64,000 nt of DNA from Candidatus Latescibacterota bacterium (GTDB taxonomy: Bacteria; Latescibacterota; UBA2968): contig OZ242195.1 in assembly GCA_965205975.1 (NCBI GenBank), positions 1,728,001 through 1,792,000 of the forward strand. The letters are read 5' to 3'. The notes under the pieces are model-generated. The model had not been told where the DNA came from. It saw only the letters and a list, made by a program, of their open reading frames with translations, and did not search any database. Each line of letters begins with the position of its first letter. Position 1 is the first letter of the stretch. The position numbers and the translations under genes were made by a program. Below are positions 8,937 to 18,621 of this stretch, piece after piece.

Positions 8937-10100
8937 TCACTCAGAGGCATTGAATACCTTCATCACTTCCCGAATATGTGGGGTCTGATCTCTATGCGGA
9001 AAGACACAAGGGCGATCAAGCAATGTCGCTTGCACGAGTTGTTCAATTTCCTCTGTGCGTCGGCAGTCCAGTGCAATAACCTTACCGAAGCAACACTTCT
9101 CGCTCAACCGTGCGGGCAACACGGCGTCATAAGGGAGCGGTGGTCCGATTTTATTTACCAACAACTCCATCGTCTGCGCGAGACGCTTTGCGATCTTCGG
9201 CTGACAGATAAAATCCGGGAAGCCAGTATCGGCCAGCGAGAAGTCCACTACGAGTACGCGAAGATAATCCAGGTTAGGTTTCCCACACTGACGTTTCTCC
9301 AACTTGTCGAGCAATTTTCGTCCCCATTCGCTCTCAGCAGTATCCTCTGGTTCGCCTATTGTAAAAAACAACTTGCTATCAGTTGATTGGGAATAACTAA
9401 AACAAACAGAACGATTTTTTGAATTATCGCAAACTTCCTGAAGCGTTGCTAAGAACCAGATTCCCTCAGTCGGACCTGCGAATTGCCGTTGATGGCCTAC
9501 CTCTGCATTCTGTAACCATTTTGCCGCTTCTGATTGCAGACGGGTAAGCCAGCGTCGAACGCTTTTTTCGTAACCAACTTCGTACGCATAAAACCCATCC
9601 ATAGCTTTTGAGGTTTTGAGTTGTAGTTCAATTTCGAATCCCCTGTCTATGTCCAGATACTTAAAAATCGAGGAGATAAGCCGCTTCATGAGTTGAAATC
9701 CAAAGAAATCAACTGGGCTATACAACTCAATGTATGCACTCAACCCACTGGCAGTCAGATCTATGTCATAGCGTTTCGACCGAGATCGTGCTGGGACCGC
9801 CCTCGCCTGCGCTTCTGGAACATTCTGGAGATGCACGAGAAGGAAAAACTCTCTCAGTGCCTGATCAAACTGGATCGGATCGGTTTGTTGCACGACTCGT
9901 TTGCCTATAGTGCCTGACGACGGCAGGTGTTTGTTCAGCAATATGAGTAATTGTTCAAGGTGTTCGTAGTGCGTATTGCCGAGCACACGGACGATCTCAA
10001 GTTCGCTTCGGCCTGAATACGGTATATTAAACACTCTGTCGATTTCAGGAAAACGCTGTATCATATCATGAACGTTTTGAGTGATTGGATAGCTTAACAT
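8937..10100 (-). CDS. Hypothetical protein, possible PD-(D/E)xK nuclease fold
   Basis: 387 aa ORF with E...KRYDIDL...YIELYSP and later KLEKRQ...LVVD pattern. Confidence 0.45.
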   Translation of the reverse strand: MLSYPITQNVHDMIQRFPEIDRVFNIPYSGRSELEIVRVLGNTHYEHLEQLLILLNKHLPSSGTIGKRVVQQTDPIQFDQALREFFLLVHLQNVPEAQARAVPARSRSKRYDIDLTASGLSAYIELYSPVDFFGFQLMKRLISSIFKYLDIDRGFEIELQLKTSKAMDGFYAYEVGYEKSVRRWLTRLQSEAAKWLQNAEVGHQRQFAGPTEGIWFLATLQEVCDNSKNRSVCFSYSQSTDSKLFFTIGEPEDTAESEWGRKLLDKLEKRQCGKPNLDYLRVLVVDFSLADTGFPDFICQPKIAKRLAQTMELLVNKIGPPLPYDAVLPARLSEKCCFGKVIALDCRRTEEIEQLVQATLLDRPCVFPHRDQTPHIREVMKVFNASE

Positions 10101-10166
10101 TTCTTGACCTCTACGGATATAAACCTATAAATGTGAATAATTTCAGACATCACCAAAAAACGCGAT

Positions 10167-12974
10167 TTATGACCCTTCCCTGCCAAAGGCATTGACAAAG
10201 ATCAGAAAATCGCCAAATCCAATGACGCCATCTTCATCCAGATCATACTTCGCGTCATACTGCTCATCGCCGCGACTTAATCCAAACTGGCTTGCAAAGA
10301 GCAAAAAGTCACTCAAATCAACCCGCCCATCGCCATTAAAGTCAGAATTAGGAGTTTGAGGTGTAATGTATAGCGACATATCCCATAGCAGAACCGTGCC
10401 ATCTCTTGACCTCGAAGCGAGTAACATTCCATCGGGGGAAAACATTATAGAAGATACTCCTAAGTGCTCAAAAGTAGCGATGGAGCGGCCTGTCATAACA
10501 TCCCACAGTTTGACTGTATTATCCCCTGGTTCTGAAGCGAGCGTTGTACCATCAGGCGAAAATACCACAGAATTAACAGCATTAGTATGCCCCTCCAGCG
10601 CGGCGATATTGCGTCCCGTCGAAACTTCCCATAACTCAATCGATCCACTATTTCCCCCTAACGCCAGCATCGTCCCATCAGGTGAGAACTCAGGTGAAAA
10701 CACCATAGAATGATACCAATTCGTTATATTGCGACCTGTCGCAACGTCCCACAGTTTGACTTCATTACGTTCTCTTGAAGCGAGGATTGTACCATCGGGC
10801 GAAAATGCTATAGCTCTGTCACTTCCACCTAAGATTCCTTTCCCTATACGAGTTATTGCACCATCAGGTAAATGCCATGTCCTATAATCACCACTCATGA
10901 TCGTAGGCGTTCCAATCCCCATCGACAGAAAACTTAAAGAATCGAGCCCTGAAACACTCACTTCAACTCTGTTCGGACCTGGATAGCTACCAAGTGTCAG
11001 GCGACTCTCTGCTCTTCCTGCAGCATCAGTCGTTGTGTTCTCAACAGTGAATCTTCCGGCAAATCTTCCTTCGCCTGCGGCGACTGTGAACGTGACCTGT
11101 ACATCTGGTAAGGGATTATCGTACTGATCTTTCACTTCAACGACAAACGGGTTTGCCAACTCCATACCGGGCGTGCCCTGCTGATTATCACCTGAGATTT
11201 TCACAAGTGTTCGAGGACGGGGTCGTATCCACTCAGACACAGCCCACAGTTTGATCGTGCCATCTTCTGATACCGAGGCAAGCGTTGTCCCATCAGGCGA
11301 AAATGCAATAGAATACACTGAACCCGTATGGCCGGAAATAGTGGCGATATTTTTTCTTGTCCCTACGTCCCACAGCCTAACCATAGTATCCGAGGCCCCT
11401 GAAGCAAGTGTTGTGCCATCGGAAGAAAACACCACAGAAGTGACTAAACCCGTATGTCTTAATGTGGCGATATTTTTTCTTGTCCCTACGTCCCACAGTC
11501 TGACAGTACCGTCATATCTCCCTCCTGCTGAAGCGAGTGTTGTGCCATCGGGCGAAAATGCCACAGAATACACCGAACCTGTATGCCTTAAAGTGGCGAT
11601 ATTTTCTCTTGTTGCAATATTCCATAGCCTGACCGTATTATCCCATGCTCCTGAGGCAAGTATTTTGCCACTGGGAGAAAATGATACAGAAGTGACAAAA
11701 CCTGTATGACCTTCAAGAGTAGCGATATGGTACGGCGAAATTTCCGAAAGCACAAAAAACTCTCGGCTTACATTACCATAACTATCAACTGCTTCGACAA
11801 AAATCGGATGCGCCGGAGGGTCGGAAAGACTTGAAGATACAGCAGATGGAATAACGCCATCATACTCAAATTCAACTACAGCATCTTTTGCATCCAGCAA
11901 TCCACGGCACAATTTCACTTCAGAACCTCCGGCGGCGGAGTGTGGTTCTCTTGTTTTAACGAATAGAAGCACTTGATGGAGCCCATCTGGATCACTAACT
12001 TTCAGTTGAACAGAGACGCTCTTTGATCCTGCTGTATATACGGATGGCGAGATGAGTTCTATTGTCGGTCCCGGTGTCGCTTCATCTGGAATATTGAGAT
12101 TGAAGTAGGGATGTACAGCCAAAAATTCGGCAGCACACGCAGATAGAGAGTGTCGTTGACCACCACCATACGACATGATGTAATTTCCATCCCTAAAGTC
12201 GTGCGACAAGCCGAAGGCATGTCCAAGCTCGTGTGCCGCTATGTGGAAGCTAAATCCACCAGGAACTAACGCAGATCCGCTATTTCTTCCCCCACCACCG
12301 ACTCCTGCTATACGCCTGCCATTAACACTACCAATTGCATCTATACTATTGTCGATGACAACGAGGTAAACGTTATTCGCTTCGGTATCAAACACTTGTT
12401 TAACCTCGTCGTAAACAGTAGCAGGTGTGTTGTCCAGATAGTGACTGTCAGGATATTGGCCATCCAGACGATGAATTAGTGGTTCGCCTTGGGTGTCGGT
12501 CTCAAAGCGAAAGGTCTTGTAACCATATCCATGTGCCTGCATCTGCTCAGCATAAAAGGTCTGAATCTGGCGAATTGCTACTTTCATCGAATCAACCACT
12601 TCCTGACGAAACGGACGGTCATTCGGCAAGAAATAGATCATCCGCACAGTACGAGGTTCGCCGACGTTTAGATTAAGTGCGTGCTTTGTAGCGGCGTAGA
12701 TGCTATCGCGTGCTCGCATATCTTCGAGATTGAGAGGCAGGCAGAAATGCAGATTGTTCGATGGCTGTGGAGAAGCATGACCGATAGACGAGAAGCAACC
12801 ACAGATAAACGCAGATAGACACAGATAAAAGGCAAAAGGCGAAAAACAACCAACATACAGGCAGACTACTCGCATGGCTTTTGGACGGACGACGCTATAC
12901 AAGAGGTAGGGCAATGTAAATAAGCACGCGCTCAATACACTTGCAGATGAAAAACGAAGATTTGGATTTTTCAT
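10167..12974 (-). CDS. Secreted multidomain protein: zinc metallopeptidase, WD40 repeats, Big-1-like Ig, C-terminal dockerin/EF-hand-like module
   Basis: AHELGHAFGLSH zincin motif; repeated SVAFSPDGTTLAS..D.TVRLWD; KISGDNQQG Ig module; DFNGDGRVDLSDFL..DLDEDG. Confidence 0.85.
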   Translation of the reverse strand: MKNPNLRFSSASVLSACLFTLPYLLYSVVRPKAMRVVCLYVGCFSPFAFYLCLSAFICGCFSSIGHASPQPSNNLHFCLPLNLEDMRARDSIYAATKHALNLNVGEPRTVRMIYFLPNDRPFRQEVVDSMKVAIRQIQTFYAEQMQAHGYGYKTFRFETDTQGEPLIHRLDGQYPDSHYLDNTPATVYDEVKQVFDTEANNVYLVVIDNSIDAIGSVNGRRIAGVGGGGRNSGSALVPGGFSFHIAAHELGHAFGLSHDFRDGNYIMSYGGGQRHSLSACAAEFLAVHPYFNLNIPDEATPGPTIELISPSVYTAGSKSVSVQLKVSDPDGLHQVLLFVKTREPHSAAGGSEVKLCRGLLDAKDAVVEFEYDGVIPSAVSSSLSDPPAHPIFVEAVDSYGNVSREFFVLSEISPYHIATLEGHTGFVTSVSFSPSGKILASGAWDNTVRLWNIATRENIATLRHTGSVYSVAFSPDGTTLASAGGRYDGTVRLWDVGTRKNIATLRHTGLVTSVVFSSDGTTLASGASDTMVRLWDVGTRKNIATISGHTGSVYSIAFSPDGTTLASVSEDGTIKLWAVSEWIRPRPRTLVKISGDNQQGTPGMELANPFVVEVKDQYDNPLPDVQVTFTVAAGEGRFAGRFTVENTTTDAAGRAESRLTLGSYPGPNRVEVSVSGLDSLSFLSMGIGTPTIMSGDYRTWHLPDGAITRIGKGILGGSDRAIAFSPDGTILASRERNEVKLWDVATGRNITNWYHSMVFSPEFSPDGTMLALGGNSGSIELWEVSTGRNIAALEGHTNAVNSVVFSPDGTTLASEPGDNTVKLWDVMTGRSIATFEHLGVSSIMFSPDGMLLASRSRDGTVLLWDMSLYITPQTPNSDFNGDGRVDLSDFLLFASQFGLSRGDEQYDAKYDLDEDGVIGFGDFLIFVNAFGREGS

Positions 12975-13591
12975 TAGTATTGTGGTCCTTTATCCACAAA
13001 TTCCTCTTCCATGTTCTCAAATACGCGTAACCGTTTGAAGGCAGTATTCACCTTGGTTTGAAATGAAGCACGCCCCGGATTGCCCAGATCCTGATTCTCA
13101 TAAATGGCTTGCGTCACCAGGTCCACTGCGCCACAGGCCGATGTAATGGCACCACTGTAATCACCTTCAATAAGCCGAGACATTGCTCGACCAAGCTCAG
13201 TCGCAGCAGATTGTGGAATAAACTGGGCTTCTCTTGCATCGAGTTCCTGAACGGGGACGAAGTTGCCATCTATAAACTGATAACCATGACGGCCCAGAAT
13301 ATCTTGGGTGTTGGCGTCCAATTCAGAATTGTGTTCTGTAAGCCGCTCAGCCAGAATACGTAAGGCTGTCTCTTGGAAAGATTCGCTCATCTGTCCGAAC
13401 AACCGATCTACGGCTGGCATCACCTCGGCTCTACTTCCAGCACCGCCACGCGCTTCAGAGTTGGCTGTGATCTGAGAGACATTAAACCCTGCTGCAGCTA
13501 CTGTATTTCTGATATTCTGAACTGATAGATTATTGAGTTCGGAGCGAAGGGCACCGAATAGCCGTGTCTTATCTTCCTTCGATAATGGCAT
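12974..13591 (-). CDS. Abi-C/HEPN-like protein, probably C-terminally truncated
   Basis: ELGRAMSRLIEGDYSGAITSACGAVD resembles the start of abortive-infection C-terminal domains; ORF ends before any RxxxxH motif. Confidence 0.45.
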   Translation of the reverse strand: MPLSKEDKTRLFGALRSELNNLSVQNIRNTVAAAGFNVSQITANSEARGGAGSRAEVMPAVDRLFGQMSESFQETALRILAERLTEHNSELDANTQDILGRHGYQFIDGNFVPVQELDAREAQFIPQSAATELGRAMSRLIEGDYSGAITSACGAVDLVTQAIYENQDLGNPGRASFQTKVNTAFKRLRVFENMEEEFVDKGPQY

Positions 13592-13632
13592 GGGGTTCCT
13601 CCTGTAACAATTTAGATATTTGGGCAGGCGAT

Positions 13633-14235
13633 TTAAGATTGTTGCCCCATATCATCCGGATCAATGGGAGTACCATTAGACAACTTAGATTTTATTGCCA
13701 TTTCAAGATTCCAGAGCACGACGATCACCTTTCCAAATCTATCCAATATTGGGCTATCATCACCTAAAAGGGCTTTCAGTTGATCTTCAAGTGACTCAGC
13801 CTTTGACCAAAAATCCGAAATAATTTTAAGTGCTTTTTCTTCTTTTTTCTTTTCTGCCTTAGCCTGCATCTCTAATAACATTTTGAAAAGCGAGATAAGG
13901 TTTTCAACAATCACATCTCGAGATATCTTATGGCTCTCGGAACATCTATTGAGCAAACGCAAAACTCCTCTACTAATGACAAATGTTTTTCGCGTCTGTT
14001 TTGTAGAAATGACTTCTGGATTTTCTTTTGAGGTTTTGATTGCAACATCGACGAAATTTTCGTCAGAACACATGAGATCGAAAATTTCTTTGGGTTTAAG
14101 ATTATTTGTTTTAATGAGCCAATCAATTGCATTGTTACTACTATCGCTCAATTTGAATGTGGTACGCACGGACTGTTTGTCTGTCTGTGACACCCGATCC
14201 AGATTTCTAAAAACTTGATTGATCTGTTTTTCCAT
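13633..14235 (-). CDS. Hypothetical DNA-binding protein (two RHH-like segments plus coiled coil)
   Basis: VRTTFKLS..AIDWL and RKTFVIS..LLN..SRDVIVE; AT-rich coding. Confidence 0.45.
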   Translation of the reverse strand: MEKQINQVFRNLDRVSQTDKQSVRTTFKLSDSSNNAIDWLIKTNNLKPKEIFDLMCSDENFVDVAIKTSKENPEVISTKQTRKTFVISRGVLRLLNRCSESHKISRDVIVENLISLFKMLLEMQAKAEKKKEEKALKIISDFWSKAESLEDQLKALLGDDSPILDRFGKVIVVLWNLEMAIKSKLSNGTPIDPDDMGQQS

Positions 14236-14394
14236 GATTTCTCCTTTCTGCAAAGATAAGTGAAGGACATAAGATAGATACTAAAAAATTAAAGTGTGTC
14301 AATAAAATTCTTGATGTATTTTTATATAAAATAAATTATTTCGTAATCAAAAATAAAAACCTACATCTTTTAGAATTGGTCTTTTCCCGCGGAT

Positions 14395-14432
14395 AAAAAA
14401 AATACCGCCCTCCCGATATTGGGAGAGCGGCA
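14395..14432 (-). terminator. Intrinsic terminator
   Basis: Minus strand GCCGCTCTCCC-AATATC-GGGAGGGCGGT-ATTTTTTT. Confidence 0.75.
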
Positions 14433-14499
14433 CAGAATGGGCCAGTGCAAAGGAATTCTCGATAGCCCGGTCTGTTCCAGCGATCAGTCAGGCGGCGGG

Positions 14500-15132
14500 C
14501 TACCACACCTCAGGCACGCCCGCTGGCTCGTCCCAAGTCTGCTCCCTGACGATTTGTCTCAACAGCCCCTCCACAGGCATCAACGCAACATTCACCGCTG
14601 CGACTGCGGGATTCAAGATACCATCCTGATACGCCGGATGTCCCATTTTGACCATCTCGTGTTTCAAACTCCCCTTGCTCACTCTCATCCGCGTAGCCCG
14701 GGGGGACTTCGCCTTCAATATCTCAAGGGATGCATCTGCAAGACCGATACACAGGCTTTGCAAGTCTGCTTCACCCATTACTTCCTCCCAATGGGGTAAA
14801 TCGGTCAGGTCCTCATACACCGAGTTCGCAATGATGTACCGGAACCAATTCTCCCATGTCCGCTCCGCAGGCGTGTTCCAGAACCGGTCCCCAGGAATTT
14901 CGTCCTCTACGACATCGTGCTCATCTTCCTCACCAGATGCACCGAAACGCACGATGGTATAGATGATCCCGATTATGAGACTGGCAATCATAGATAGCAG
15001 GGCACCTTCAAACAGAGAGAAGGGCAGAAAAAGCGTCAAGAGCCAGCCGATCAAAAGAAAAATGCCGAGCACAAGGGCAAGGCTGATAATCACTATAATA
15101 ACCGTCAGAAGACCTGGAAGAATAGCACCCAT
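14500..15132 (-). CDS. Hypothetical membrane protein
   Basis: Two N-terminal hydrophobic helices, soluble C-terminal domain. Confidence 0.6.
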   Translation of the reverse strand: MGAILPGLLTVIIVIISLALVLGIFLLIGWLLTLFLPFSLFEGALLSMIASLIIGIIYTIVRFGASGEEDEHDVVEDEIPGDRFWNTPAERTWENWFRYIIANSVYEDLTDLPHWEEVMGEADLQSLCIGLADASLEILKAKSPRATRMRVSKGSLKHEMVKMGHPAYQDGILNPAVAAVNVALMPVEGLLRQIVREQTWDEPAGVPEVW

Positions 15133-15195
15133 AACTCTATATCCTTCATCAAAACGCGTTCTAAGTCAAAAATGGTTAGAACGCCTATCGCCCTC

Positions 15196-15963
15196 TCAAA
15201 TCCGCTCCAACGCACGCGCCTCAATCCAGCCGCCGAGGCCCGATCGCAGGCGCACCAGCAACCACCCACCTTCAACGCGCTCAATCTCGACCTTGGTGCC
15301 TTCATGGAGGGTGAACACCTGTAAAAAATCGGAGCCAGGCCCGCTGCGGCCAATAGCCTCATCCACCAGAATGATAGCTTTGGGAATGCTGTGTTGATGC
15401 GCCTTAAACGCCAGCATAGTCGCACTGCCCAAAAGTCCGCCTACAAAAACCACCAGCAACCCACCCCACAGCAAACGACGGACCGGCACAAAAATCCAAC
15501 ACACCGCCACACCGCCTATCAAAAAAACAAACACACAAACCATAACTGCCAACGCGTCGAGGGTAAAAAACGCAAAAACCGCTTGCAAAAACCGCGTCAA
15601 AATATTGACGTCATCTTCGGTTTCTCGATCTATCTTCTGGGCATTGGCAAACTGCAAATTCGCCAGAACATCCCGATCGCCCGGCATCAAATTCAAAGCG
15701 CGTTCATAAGATAGAATCGCACGCCCGAGTTGCGCGTTTTTAAAATACGCATTGCCCAGATTATAATACACCTCACCATTGTTCAGCCCCTGGGCAATAA
15801 CGCGCTCATAAGCCGAAATCGCCGCATCAAAATCCCCGGCGCGATAGTATTCATTGCCCCGATTGTACAGCGCGACAAGAGCTTCTGAGGCGAATACCGC
15901 ATCCACGCCAAGTATCGCAACTGCGACAACGGGGTATAACAACCGTTCTATCACCGTCCTCAT
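15196..15963 (-). CDS. batE: BatE-like TPR/SH3 protein
   Basis: TPR YYNLGNAYFK; TM pair; SH3b RSGPG...LHEGTKV; operon position. Confidence 0.85.
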   Translation of the reverse strand: MRTVIERLLYPVVAVAILGVDAVFASEALVALYNRGNEYYRAGDFDAAISAYERVIAQGLNNGEVYYNLGNAYFKNAQLGRAILSYERALNLMPGDRDVLANLQFANAQKIDRETEDDVNILTRFLQAVFAFFTLDALAVMVCVFVFLIGGVAVCWIFVPVRRLLWGGLLVVFVGGLLGSATMLAFKAHQHSIPKAIILVDEAIGRSGPGSDFLQVFTLHEGTKVEIERVEGGWLLVRLRSGLGGWIEARALERI

Positions 15964-15965
15964 AA

Positions 15966-17804
15966 CTAAATACACCGCTCCAGCGCACCGATCAAATCTT
16001 CGGTCTGCGCGAACAGCGCCTGCATCTGCTCAGCCGAAATCTGTCCCGGCGCAAACCGCGCCTGATCGCATTGACCAAATACGTCCTGAACGCCCGAAAT
16101 TACCTGTGCATCTACACCGTGCCCCACCAGCACAGCACCAATCTGGTCCGCCGTTAAACCCGCCGCAGCGCGATTGGTTCGATCTGCGACAAACTGCGCC
16201 AAAGACCTGTGAACTTCACCGTGAAAACCCGCGCTATCTCCCGCCTCCATTAACCCTTTCGCCTTGCCCAACCGCCGCTGTGCTTCCGAGCGCGAACGCC
16301 TTCTGCGCGCATAAGCGACATCACCTGCCAGACGCGCGCGATGACGCCGATAAGCATACGCGCCAACCACCCCCAAAAAGGGAACCAACTGCAAAAGCCA
16401 AAACCCACTGCGCTGATAGAGTAACAGACTCTGATCGACCAAATGCATTCGATCGGGCTTGATATACCGAATATCGCTGCCCAGCGCGCGCACTTCTTCA
16501 CCCCGCAACCCGTCAACTGGCTGCGGAGCCAATTCACCTGGCGTCACATGCAACGTAATGGGTTTGGTCTGTACGGTTTTATACCGCCTCTGCACAGGAT
16601 CAAAATAGGCCAGGGTAAAAGGCGGTAATATCACCTGCCCCGCTTTTTGCGGGATAGCCACATATTCAAAAGTTTTTTTTCCGCTTATACCCTGCTTTTG
16701 TGTTTCCAAATTCGTCTTGGGATCATAAAACTTAAACCGCGCCCGGTCAGGACGAATCGGCTCGCCAATCGCGTGCAAGTTTCCCGCTCCCTGTACCACC
16801 ACCTTCACAGCAACGGGATCGCCAGCTTTTACCTTACCTGGAATCGCCTCAGCGCGCATCTCAAATTGCCCAACAGCACCGCCAAACCCCTTCGGCGCAC
16901 CAGCTGGCAACGGTTTCACCTCAATTTCAATATCGCCTGACCGCACTGTCACCTGCTGCGTATCAAATGCACTGAATGGATCAAAATCGAACAGACCGCG
17001 CGACCGTCGCCCCGCAACAATTTCGCAATTCACCTCAAGTTGCTCCAGGGCGTGCTTACCCGCCGTTGTCGGAAACAGCGCCAAACGCTTGAGCAATGCC
17101 GTATTAAACGCGCGCCCATCGACAACCTCTCGCTGCATATTCAAACGCTGAGCATCAAACACAGTCTCTGCCCAAAATCCCGTAAATGTCGGCACATGGC
17201 CGTATTGCACATTTCGCAAATCATAACGCGTAAACAATTTATAGGTCACTCCCACTTGTTCCCCCACATAAACCACTCGCTTTTCGGGAATCGCCTGCAA
17301 AAACAAATTTTGTTCAATCTCCCGAATCTCTGATCCTCCCATTGACCGTCCTGTTGGTGGCGCGGGGCGCGTCTGCGGACGACCACTCCTTTTCACGACC
17401 TCAACGCGCACCTGATCAGACTGAATCGTCTTACCATCATGAGCCAACTGTGCCGGACCGAGCACATAAGTGCCTTGTCTCTGTGCGCGAAAAGAGAAAA
17501 CATACGCCGTCGTGCGCTTTGTTGTCATCTCGCCATTGACAATATTAACGGACATTGACGTAGAAGACGTACTACCCGTCAATTGCAACCCATCAGGCGT
17601 GGGAACCTGGGGCGCAGACACACTCCCCATCTGCGCAGCCTCAACCTCCACAGTAAACCGAATCAGATCGCCAACTTCTACCCGAGTGCGATCTACTGAC
17701 GCCTGCACCGTCACATCCTGTGCATCAACCCCCTGTGCCCACAACAGAGCAAACAAAACACCGCACAAAAATATCCACCTTTTCCTACCATGCATTGCCA
17801 TCAT
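15966..17804 (-). CDS. batD: BatD-like oxygen tolerance protein
   Basis: Signal peptide, Ig-like BatD repeats (VYVGEQV, GAVGQF, YFDP, DIRYIK). Confidence 0.85.
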   Translation of the reverse strand: MMAMHGRKRWIFLCGVLFALLWAQGVDAQDVTVQASVDRTRVEVGDLIRFTVEVEAAQMGSVSAPQVPTPDGLQLTGSTSSTSMSVNIVNGEMTTKRTTAYVFSFRAQRQGTYVLGPAQLAHDGKTIQSDQVRVEVVKRSGRPQTRPAPPTGRSMGGSEIREIEQNLFLQAIPEKRVVYVGEQVGVTYKLFTRYDLRNVQYGHVPTFTGFWAETVFDAQRLNMQREVVDGRAFNTALLKRLALFPTTAGKHALEQLEVNCEIVAGRRSRGLFDFDPFSAFDTQQVTVRSGDIEIEVKPLPAGAPKGFGGAVGQFEMRAEAIPGKVKAGDPVAVKVVVQGAGNLHAIGEPIRPDRARFKFYDPKTNLETQKQGISGKKTFEYVAIPQKAGQVILPPFTLAYFDPVQRRYKTVQTKPITLHVTPGELAPQPVDGLRGEEVRALGSDIRYIKPDRMHLVDQSLLLYQRSGFWLLQLVPFLGVVGAYAYRRHRARLAGDVAYARRRRSRSEAQRRLGKAKGLMEAGDSAGFHGEVHRSLAQFVADRTNRAAAGLTADQIGAVLVGHGVDAQVISGVQDVFGQCDQARFAPGQISAEQMQALFAQTEDLIGALERCI

Positions 17805-18513
17805 ATCGCCTGCCCCGCAACTTCAATTTGCGTCGCTTCTGGGATTCTTCTTCTCGTGCCTTCATAGCATTGAGAATCCGCGCCGCCTCCTCGGGCGTCA
17901 TCTCTCTGGGATCGGGCTGTTGGTCCTGCTGTTGATTCTGTTGATCCTGTTGATCCTGTTGATCCTGTTGATCCTGGTCCTGATTCTGATCTTGCTGATT
18001 CTGGTCTTGATTTTGACTTTGGTCCTGCTGATCCCGATTTTGATCTTGTTCTTTATCCTGTTCATCCTGTTGATTTTTATCCTGCCTATCCTGATCCAGT
18101 TTTTCCAATGCCAATTCTAAATTAATTTTGGCGTCTATATCATCCGGTTTCAGTTCCAGCGATTTTTTATAAGCCCCCACAGCCTCCTGAAACTTCTCCT
18201 GCCGAAACAGCGCATTGCCCAAATTGTAATGTGCAGCGGCAGACATATCCGGATGAGTACCTTCTGCGGCACGTCCCATCTCCTGCAAAGCCTCGGCATA
18301 TTTGCCCTGCTTGTAGAGCGCATCACCAGCATTAAAATGCAACTCCGGTCGGGGTTGCCCCTCTTGCTGCGCTTCCAAATACCGACGCAATGCAGCTTCA
18401 TACTCCCCCTTCTCAAACAGAGCATTGCCCTCTTCATTCTTTTTTGCCACGGGATCGAGGAATGTCCACCCCAGGAATGGCACCGCCAGCAAAACATATA
18501 AAAATCGCGTCAT
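17785..18513 (-). CDS. batC: BatC-like TPR protein with Q/D-rich linker
   Basis: TPRs (HYNLGNALF, AKINLELA), DQQ repeats, MTPEEAARIL tail. Confidence 0.82.
   Translation of the reverse strand: MTRFLYVLLAVPFLGWTFLDPVAKKNEEGNALFEKGEYEAALRRYLEAQQEGQPRPELHFNAGDALYKQGKYAEALQEMGRAAEGTHPDMSAAAHYNLGNALFRQEKFQEAVGAYKKSLELKPDDIDAKINLELALEKLDQDRQDKNQQDEQDKEQDQNRDQQDQSQNQDQNQQDQNQDQDQQDQQDQQDQQNQQQDQQPDPREMTPEEAARILNAMKAREEESQKRRKLKLRGRRYDGNAW
17921..18100 (-). repeat. Low-complexity 9-bp (GATCAACAG-like) coding repeat in batC
   Basis: TGATCCTGT tandem copies on + strand, encoding DQQ. Confidence 0.8.
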
Positions 18514-18578
18514 AAAAAAGCCTCTTTGTAGTCAGTAGCCGGTTGTCAGTCCCATCCCCCAGCCCCTTTTTATCTCAA

Positions 18579-18612
18579 TTCATCTGCGTTCATCTGCGTC
18601 CATCTGCGGATA
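18579..18612 (+). repeat. 10-bp tandem repeat, family B (YATCTGCGTY)n
   Basis: CATCTGCGTT CATCTGCGTC CATCTGCGGA; related copies at 2701-2722, 12795-12830 (inverted), 23083-23098, 62455-62488. Confidence 0.75.
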
Positions 18613-18621
18613 CCTTTCGCT

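Noticed and set aside
11251..11709. Regularly spaced ~125-bp DNA repeats as possible CRISPR or DGR template
   Set aside because: They are WD40 coding repeats; no cas or reverse transcriptase gene in the window
4155..15190. Prophage or integrative element
   Set aside because: No integrase, phage structural gene, tRNA or flanking direct repeat was seen; treated only as an accessory island
17921..18100. Tandem repeat as possible CRISPR or contingency locus
   Set aside because: In-frame Q/D-rich linker typical of BatC; no unique spacers
17470..18120. 216-aa + strand ORF with poly-Leu/Ile stretch
   Set aside because: Reverse-strand reading of the batC DQQ repeat
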